Shown piece after piece: positions 57,885-64,000 of a stretch of DNA of 64,000 bases. Each line of letters begins with the position of its first letter. The stretch's first letter is position 1. The translations under genes were made by a program, and so were the position numbers. This DNA comes from a virus (lineage: Duplodnaviria > Caudoviricetes), in the IMG/VR virus record IMGVR_UViG_3300027805_000006. One strand, given 5' to 3'. The notes beneath the pieces are model-generated. The model was not told the DNA's origin. It saw only the letters and a list, made by a program, of their open reading frames with translations, and searched no databases.

Positions 57885-59843
57885 CTAGGCCGCCTTCCTA
57901 TTGTTAGTAAACCAAGCAACTAGAATCTTTGTCTGATTTTCAGTATACCCCTTTTCAAGCATTCGCTCAACGAAACCGCGGTGTTTTTCTTCTGTGTCCT
58001 TGTCCTGCTTAGGTCCAAATGCAATGACTGGCATAATCTGCTCAGTGGCGCTAAACATGCGCTTTTCAATTACGGTCTTGATTTTTTCGTATTGGTCCCA
58101 AGATGGTGACTTGCCTTCGTTCTTTGCCTTGTAGCGCAGAACGTAATGAACGATTTCATTGCGGAAGTCCTTGGCATTTACAATACCAGCCGCCTTTTCA
58201 ATCTCTTCCAACTTCTTATTGAGATTTTCACGGTCAAGTAAAGTATGGGTCTCAGGGTCACGACATTGTTCGTCAGCCAACCAAGCCTCGGCGAACAAAA
58301 CATAGCGTTCAAACATATTCTGACCAAATGAGCGATAACTTTCAAGGTAGGCTGTGCGCAGTTCCTTTTCAAGGAACTCAAAGTAGCGTGGCTGGAGGTG
58401 TGACTTGATGAAGTCAAGGTACTCATCAGTCGTTTCCTTTGGAAGATTTTCCTTCTTCACGCTCTCCTCAAGCACGTACATTAGATCAATAGGGTTTGCC
58501 TGCTGTTCCTCTGGGCGTAGGTCATAGGTTGCAGAAAGAACCTTGAAGGCGAAGCGGGTAGACATTCCCTTCATTCCCTCGTCATTCCCAGCGGCATCGC
58601 GATACTCTTCGTATGGCTTTGCATTGGGCATGGTGTCCTTTACGTTATCACCGTTATAAACGCGAAGTTTGGCGTAGATGGTACTGTTTTCTGGCTTCTT
58701 TAGGCGGGTAAGAATGCTCCACTGTGCCAGCATCTTAAGTGTTCCAGGTGCACATGGTGCAGTTGCGAGAGAACTTACCTTAAGCATCTTTTCGTAGATA
58801 AGAATTTCTTCAATAGTTCGCAAGCAGTATGGTACATCGACAATGTAAACCCGGTCAAGGAATGCTTCGTTAGTTTTGTTGTTGCGGAAATTGAACCACT
58901 CGCTTTCATTTGAGTGAGCCATAATAATTCCGGTATAAGGCATAGAAGGAATGGCTTCAGTGCCGTTATAGTTGTGTTCCTGTGTAGCCATTAGCAATGG
59001 GTTGAGCGTCTTGATATTTGCCTTAAACATTTCAGCAAAATCCATCAAACCCTGATTAGTGCGGTTGAGACCACCACTGTATGAATACGCGTATGGGTGA
59101 TTCTGAGGAAATTTTTCCAATTTACGAATATCAATCTTTCCAACTAGAACTGAAACGTCCTGGTTGTTTTCATCGCCTGGCTCAACCTTCATCACGCCGA
59201 TTTGGCTGTCCTTATTTGGATAAACCTTAATTACCTTAAAGCGGGTAATATCACCGTCAAATTCCTTCAATTTTTCCTGAGCCCACCCACTCATTACCGT
59301 ATTAAGGTAGCGCTGTGGAATTCCATATTCCTTCTCAAGCATTTCTCCGTGCTCAAACTGGTTGAATAGCCCTAGAGGGCTATCAAGAACAGGAGACATC
59401 CGCTTTTCTACATCATTTTCTTGTGCATCATAAAGAACATAGATTGGAAACTTCTGCATCAAAGCCTTTAGGCGCTCTGCAAGAGATGACTTACCACCAC
59501 CTACTGGTCCCTTTAGATACAGAATTTGCTTGCTCTCTTCTAGTCCTGCTGCACTATTTCGGAAGTATGCTGCAATTCGCTCAATTGCATCTTCTGCTCC
59601 GTAAAAATCAGCAAATGAACGATATAGACGAATTTTCTTGTTTGAGTGAATTCTTGAAAGACGAGCGTCTTCACTCGTATCAATAATTTCAGGCTGGCCG
59701 ATTGCAGCAACCATTCTCTCTGCTGCAGTTGCATAGGTCATTTTATCCTGCTTACACCTGTCTAGAAACTGTTCCAGCGAAATAATTTCTGGCTGGGCAA
59801 ATTTACTAGCAAATGAGGCGGAAAGAGATGAGAGAGCAGTCAT
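57885..59843 (-). CDS. prkA: PrkA/YeaG AAA+ serine kinase-family protein
   Basis: GPVGGGKSS, PGDENNQDVS.LVG, YSYSGGL, FAEMFK, NESEW, AFLDR, GMSTRF. Confidence 0.96.
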   Translation of the reverse strand: MTALSSLSASFASKFAQPEIISLEQFLDRCKQDKMTYATAAERMVAAIGQPEIIDTSEDARLSRIHSNKKIRLYRSFADFYGAEDAIERIAAYFRNSAAGLEESKQILYLKGPVGGGKSSLAERLKALMQKFPIYVLYDAQENDVEKRMSPVLDSPLGLFNQFEHGEMLEKEYGIPQRYLNTVMSGWAQEKLKEFDGDITRFKVIKVYPNKDSQIGVMKVEPGDENNQDVSVLVGKIDIRKLEKFPQNHPYAYSYSGGLNRTNQGLMDFAEMFKANIKTLNPLLMATQEHNYNGTEAIPSMPYTGIIMAHSNESEWFNFRNNKTNEAFLDRVYIVDVPYCLRTIEEILIYEKMLKVSSLATAPCAPGTLKMLAQWSILTRLKKPENSTIYAKLRVYNGDNVKDTMPNAKPYEEYRDAAGNDEGMKGMSTRFAFKVLSATYDLRPEEQQANPIDLMYVLEESVKKENLPKETTDEYLDFIKSHLQPRYFEFLEKELRTAYLESYRSFGQNMFERYVLFAEAWLADEQCRDPETHTLLDRENLNKKLEEIEKAAGIVNAKDFRNEIVHYVLRYKAKNEGKSPSWDQYEKIKTVIEKRMFSATEQIMPVIAFGPKQDKDTEEKHRGFVERMLEKGYTENQTKILVAWFTNNRKAA

Positions 59844-59921
59844 TTAAATCCCTTCTGAAATATAGATATGTTTAAAGTATTTACGGCTATTTTGGTGTAT
59901 TTTTTACAATTTTGCAAAAAA

Positions 59922-60281
59922 TTACAGGTGAATCAATTGTCCTTCAATGGAAGCAGAAGGCTCGACCGCAAGTGATTTATAAAATATTTTATCTGCTTTG
60001 AGAACACTTTGCTTCTTGATAATTAGGTTGCCCTCAACTCTAATTTCCTTTGCAGAAATACTTCCAGAAATAGTAAGGTCATCACTCATAACAATATCAA
60101 TGCACGTAACGCTGCCATTTACAAGGAGGTGTGTTTTGCCGGTTTTATCTTCAGCCGTTTTGATATGACCGCCAGAAAATAAACCATCAATCACGCACAC
60201 GCCATTTAAGTTTAGGTTACCAGAAAATTCAGTGCCTTTGCCAATAATGGTATCAAATCCTTGTGCCCCAAATAAACTCAT
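59922..60281 (-). CDS. Bactofilin (polymer-forming cytoskeletal protein, CcmA-like)
   Basis: TIIGKGTEFSGNL..NG...IDG..SG...G.V...I.....ISGSI.A....V.G.L.I.....L.A..I.YKSL.VE.SA.IEG beta-helix pattern. Confidence 0.82.
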   Translation of the reverse strand: MSLFGAQGFDTIIGKGTEFSGNLNLNGVCVIDGLFSGGHIKTAEDKTGKTHLLVNGSVTCIDIVMSDDLTISGSISAKEIRVEGNLIIKKQSVLKADKIFYKSLAVEPSASIEGQLIHL

Positions 60282-60487
60282 TTTGCACCCTTCTTATTTG
60301 AAGTGACTGATTTAATCGCATATTCAAATATTGGAAACATACGACCTGTAAAAAATGCTAAAATGACACCAAAAAATACACCGATGAAATTGTCAGCAAA
60401 TTCAGCAACTAACATAATTATGGGAAAAATAAAAAGCAGGCGGTGTGGGAAAAAAAGGATGACTTTATCCAGATTATTATTTTTCAT
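60278..60487 (-). CDS. Small membrane protein (69 aa)
   Basis: Two hydrophobic helices; ATGA-coupled to the bactofilin gene. Confidence 0.65.
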   Translation of the reverse strand: MKNNNLDKVILFFPHRLLFIFPIIMLVAEFADNFIGVFFGVILAFFTGRMFPIFEYAIKSVTSNKKGAK

Positions 60488-60512
60488 TTACTGCTATCCT
60501 TAAAAATTTATT

Positions 60513-60737
60513 TTATCTATCAAATTTTGTCAGGAACAGTTGCCCGACAATCATTTCGCATGCAGACAGTTTCCCATCACGTAGATATTCTTTCACAACT
60601 CCTGCAACTATTTCATCTACAGCCTCAGTTGCAATTTCAGGGTTAATGTTAATTCCGCCTAGGCAGAAATCACAATGTTGAAGAGCGTCTAGGATATGCT
60701 GCCTAAACTCTGGCAAGTTTGATGGTAAAGGCATCAT
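60513..60737 (-). CDS. Hypothetical protein (74 aa)
   Basis: ATGA-coupled ORF. Confidence 0.65.
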   Translation of the reverse strand: MMPLPSNLPEFRQHILDALQHCDFCLGGININPEIATEAVDEIVAGVVKEYLRDGKLSACEMIVGQLFLTKFDR

Positions 60738-60973
60738 TTGTATTTCAACTCCTCATCTACAGAGCGTAAAACGTCAATCATCTGCCCCGCATTTTCAAAA
60801 GTTTCGCCTGGGGTAAGACCAAAAAAGTGCTGAGCACAGTAGGCTAAGATGTTGCCTAAATTACCTTCCCCAGTGCGCTCAAACTCATTGAGCATTGAGG
60901 GAAGTTGCTCACGATATGGCTCCATTTCTGGAATTGAGCCAATCAGGTCGTAATTAAGTTTGATAGTTGCCAT
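60734..60973 (-). CDS. Hypothetical protein (79 aa)
   Basis: ORF downstream of the promoter motif at 61000-61015. Confidence 0.7.
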   Translation of the reverse strand: MATIKLNYDLIGSIPEMEPYREQLPSMLNEFERTGEGNLGNILAYCAQHFFGLTPGETFENAGQMIDVLRSVDEELKYK

Positions 60974-60999
60974 ACGCTTTAAAGGTTGTTCGTATGACT

Positions 61000-61015
61000 A
61001 TTATACCACAGTTTT
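61000..61015 (-). promoter_or_regulatory. Early/middle-type promoter AAAACTGTGGTATAAT
   Basis: Recurrent AAAAC...TATAAT motif. Confidence 0.55.
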
Positions 61016-61054
61016 GGCAGTTTGTTATTACTTTTTTGTAACCTTGTAACAAGG

Positions 61055-61594
61055 TTATTTGGTGATCTTCCTAAGGGTGATGTATGTTGTCTCTACATCA
61101 CCATCCCATTGCGTAGAATGGGTTTCTACGTCCCAAAGAATTTCTTGCTTTCTTTGAGAGATTATAAATCTTTTCCACTCGTAGATATTTGTCTTGATTT
61201 TAACCTCAGCCTCACTTGATGAGGCTATAAGTGTCATATGAATTTCATCTACTAGATTTTTTTCTAGTGCTTCATCATAGACAGATGCTCCGCCCGCCAC
61301 CCAAATATGTTTCTGCTTTTTCCCAACATATTTTTCAAGAACGTCAATTGAGGAAACATACTTGACGCTTTTATGCAAAACCGGAGTTTTTGATAAGACG
61401 ATATTCTTGCGATTTGGAAGACCATTTGGTCGCTTAAGGCTCCTAAATGTAGTATTTCCCATAAGAACCGTGTCACCTATGGTGAGAGCCCTAAATCTCA
61501 TTAGATCATTTTTCAGGTTTGGATATGCTAACCTACCATCAGACCAACCAATGGTACCTACACCATCTACTGCTAGAATGAGTTTTACGGCCAT
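61055..61594 (-). CDS. folA: Dihydrofolate reductase
   Basis: LILAVD..GTIG..., DL.RF..LT.G..V.MG..TF.SL, LPNRKNIVLS, WVAGGASVY. Confidence 0.93.
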   Translation of the reverse strand: MAVKLILAVDGVGTIGWSDGRLAYPNLKNDLMRFRALTIGDTVLMGNTTFRSLKRPNGLPNRKNIVLSKTPVLHKSVKYVSSIDVLEKYVGKKQKHIWVAGGASVYDEALEKNLVDEIHMTLIASSSEAEVKIKTNIYEWKRFIISQRKQEILWDVETHSTQWDGDVETTYITLRKITK

Positions 61595-63210
61595 TAGAAC
61601 TTCTTGCCAAACTGGGAGATAATCTGTGGCGCAGCGCTGTCAAATCCAGCAATGTCCAACTGTAGAGGATCATTTGGGTCAGAGACCGAAACATCTGTCA
61701 CAGACGTGGCAATAATAACTTGACGTGTCTTGGGTGTGTCCATCTTGCGGCGATACTGCTTGAGCGCATCTGTTGCGTGGATTTGACCTGCCCACGTTTC
61801 ATTGTCGGTGATGCTCACGAAGGTATCCACCTTCATGCGATTTTCAAGCGCGTGGGTTGCTGGTAGAGAAAGATCGGTGCCGCCCCAGTTAAACTTCTGC
61901 ATCTTCTTCAACACGGCATCTAGGCGCATGTTGGGGCTAATGTGCAATTCTGACATTTTGGTGTTGAAGCCACCAATCCAGTAGTTAGAATGATTTTTTA
62001 CCACAGCAAGAGCCATCACAGCCGCTACTTCAGCCGCTGAAAGATTAGGAGAGCCATTTACTTTTACGCCAAACATTGAGGCAGAGCAATCAACGCCTAG
62101 GAGATAGGCTTCATCGCTCTTCTCACCCTGCTCAAAGGCCGCATAAAATGCATCGTCGAGCGCATCAACAATTCGCTGATTTGGCTTCCACTTTGCCTTG
62201 CTCTTTTCACCTTGACCGGCTGAATACTGCCTAATCGCTTGAAGGAGCGTCAGTGGATGCACGCGCTGGTCACGAAGCGCATGTGTATTTGACAGTTTGC
62301 TGATTATCAAGTTGGAGCCTTCAGACAGTGGCGTCAGCACCCCATGAGAGGTCAGAATACCCAACTTGCGAATTACGGCAGTGAGACCCATATTGACAAG
62401 TAGCGCTGAGAGCACGTCCTTATCTGTCATCCACTTAGTGGGCACCATTTCCCAAGTAATATCCTTGTTGTCTGAAATGATGCGAAGCACTTCCTCACGC
62501 GAAGAGGAGGTCTTCAGTGTCTCAAAGTCCTGAACGAGTTTTGGCAGCGCTTCGAGATTTGACTTCTTTCCAACTGCATATCCAAGTAAAGCCTCCTGCT
62601 CGGGAGATGTTGGCTTGGTATGTGAAAGACGTAGCACGTCTCGGTGTGCCCACCCGTTTCGTGACTTGTACTTTAGCAGTTGAACAGCAAGGCGTTGAAT
62701 GTCCTTGTCGTTATACCACTTAGCAATGCCCCTCTTTGCTGCAGCATTCCACTTGCCAAGAGCGTCAAGAATGGAGACAAACAGGAATAGCCAAGTGCCG
62801 GTGCGTGCAACCTTTGGGAGGGCATCATAGGCGGCTTCAATTGTCGCCGCGTTTCCATAAACCGCGGCTAGCGCGATGGCAACAACTGAGGTGTCGTTCT
62901 TGGGAGACCTGCCAGTAAGAGAATACTCCAGCGCATGGCGCACTACTCGCACACCATCTTCGGCAATGCACGCCTTGATGGTATCAAAGCCCTGCTTAGT
63001 AATATCCTGCTGCGATGCATAGTAGGATGATTGCTCGCTGCCAATCAGGAGGAAGCGGTCAAGGACGCTCCACTTATCCAACTTGAAGGCAAAACCCCCA
63101 GCGTTGTTAAGTTTCATTTCACTCTCGCGGCCAGGGATGGGCTCAGCCTGCGTGGGGAGAGTGCTTGAAGGAGATGATGAGCGGGCGTATTGCGAGTAGA
63201 TGCTTGACAT
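61594..63210 (-). CDS. rsr: TROVE-domain Ro60/Rsr-like RNA-binding protein with a vWA domain
   Basis: NNAGGFAF....W..LDRFL..GSE; GW.HRD.LRLSH; LLGVDCSASM; TDNETW; DIAGFDS; AAGGAG RBS. Confidence 0.93.
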   Translation of the reverse strand: MSSIYSQYARSSSPSSTLPTQAEPIPGRESEMKLNNAGGFAFKLDKWSVLDRFLLIGSEQSSYYASQQDITKQGFDTIKACIAEDGVRVVRHALEYSLTGRSPKNDTSVVAIALAAVYGNAATIEAAYDALPKVARTGTWLFLFVSILDALGKWNAAAKRGIAKWYNDKDIQRLAVQLLKYKSRNGWAHRDVLRLSHTKPTSPEQEALLGYAVGKKSNLEALPKLVQDFETLKTSSSREEVLRIISDNKDITWEMVPTKWMTDKDVLSALLVNMGLTAVIRKLGILTSHGVLTPLSEGSNLIISKLSNTHALRDQRVHPLTLLQAIRQYSAGQGEKSKAKWKPNQRIVDALDDAFYAAFEQGEKSDEAYLLGVDCSASMFGVKVNGSPNLSAAEVAAVMALAVVKNHSNYWIGGFNTKMSELHISPNMRLDAVLKKMQKFNWGGTDLSLPATHALENRMKVDTFVSITDNETWAGQIHATDALKQYRRKMDTPKTRQVIIATSVTDVSVSDPNDPLQLDIAGFDSAAPQIISQFGKKF

Positions 63211-63231
63211 ACAATCTCCTTTTTAAAACTA

Positions 63232-63690
63232 TCAAAACGACAAAAACTAAGTTGGAAGTTCAGTGAATAAAACAATAAGTCCTAATCACCTACACCCATT
63301 TATTTCGTAATAGGTAACTCACGGATATTACGTTATCCGACCGTCCATTTAATTCTCAGTTAAATGAAAAACCTATCCATTTTTTGGATAATGGCATCCT
63401 CTAATTTCCAGACTTATCTTTCAACTCGCGTGGATTGATTAGAATTTCTATCACCATCATCGTTATGATAACCAACTTTAACGGTCGTTTTGAAATAACT
63501 AGTAATCTGAAACAAAACAGGTATGGGTGTAAGGAATTAGCCAGTCCTTAACTTCTGCTTTCAGACTGCTATGCAGTCAGGCTATCCATTATATGATAAC
63601 CATATCCTCACGGTTTCAGATGTTTTCAACTTTGATGAAGCAATTCTACTATAGAAACAAACTACTGTAAAACTGTTTATTCAGGTTGAA
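63232..63690 (-). ncRNA. Candidate large structured non-coding RNA or leader upstream of Ro60/TROVE
   Basis: No ORF of 60 aa or more in ~480 nt. Terminal helix 63259-71/63676-90, long-range helices 63282-99/63523-40, 63505-13/63613-21 and 63338-44/63481-87, plus at least four local hairpins. G-U wobbles favour the minus strand. Confidence 0.6.
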
Positions 63691-63693
63691 GTT

Positions 63694-64000
63694 TTATTCT
63701 TTCTTCTTAGTTAATCTAGCAAGAAGGGCAGCCTTGAATTTTGGTGCCTGCACCTTGTAAATTCCGTCAAAGGCTCTCGTGTAGTTTGACACAAGCCTAT
63801 CAACCGGAGAAAGGTCTGCTCGCGTTTTTGCAGTTGCTGGCTCTGCTGACTTTAATCTTCCGGTGTATGGTGCCTTTCCCCCAGTGCTGTAGGAAGTGAT
63901 GCTTGTAATTCTTCCACTCAGTAAAACACGGCGCCATACTGCTTGACCCTGCTCATCTCCAAGTAGAGAGCCTTTCTTGCCCGTAAAGAGAAATGTGCCA
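63694..64000 (-). CDS. Hypothetical protein (partial, 5' end outside the window)
   Basis: Open frame of 101 codons ending ...KFKAALLARLTKKKE* at 63694; not in the ORF track. Confidence 0.7.
   Translation of the reverse strand, partial: GTFLFTGKKGSLLGDEQGQAVWRRVLLSGRITSITSYSTGGKAPYTGRLKSAEPATAKTRADLSPVDRLVSNYTRAFDGIYKVQAPKFKAALLARLTKKKE

Noticed and set aside
63232-63690. Group I intron, tmRNA, RNase P or tRNA identity for the structured region
   Set aside because: Only weak resemblance to group I R/S elements and no interrupted gene; no tmRNA ends, RNase P P4 consensus or T-loop/CCA cloverleaf recognised. A covariance-model search is needed.

Overview
This 64 kb window is part of a large lytic dsDNA phage genome, most likely a jumbo myovirus distantly related to T4. 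Support: gp39/60 and gp52 topoisomerase subunits, an Rnl1 RNA ligase, PhoH, TAAATA late-promoter motifs, S74-chaperoned tail fibres and gp38-like adhesins. It is densely coding and about 40% GC by spot counts. Left to right: (i) phoH (partial, missed by the ORF track), clpP, a clpP::RNA-ligase chimeric ORF, an HNH homing endonuclease and the RNA ligase; (ii) minus-strand virion and fibre genes; (iii) putative head-packaged effectors with an N-terminal FKQF..E signal; (iv) DNA metabolism genes (thyA, DnaJ, topoisomerase II, two NMP kinases, DinG helicase, AAA ATPase) around a probable cytosine hypermodification cluster made of a dCMP-type thymidylate synthase homolog, a T4 BGT-like glycosyltransferase and a UDP-galactopyranose mutase; (v) about 22 kb of tail fibre and adhesin genes (three S74 fibres, three gp38-like adhesins); (vi) a fatty-acid desaturase, a prkA-yeaH-spoVR operon, a bactofilin, DHFR and a Ro60/TROVE gene preceded by a ~460-nt highly structured non-coding region. 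The best candidates for undescribed systems are furanose-sugar DNA hypermodification and the Ro-associated large ncRNA. I recognised no tRNA, rRNA or CRISPR array. All family calls come from visual motif recognition, not database searches.
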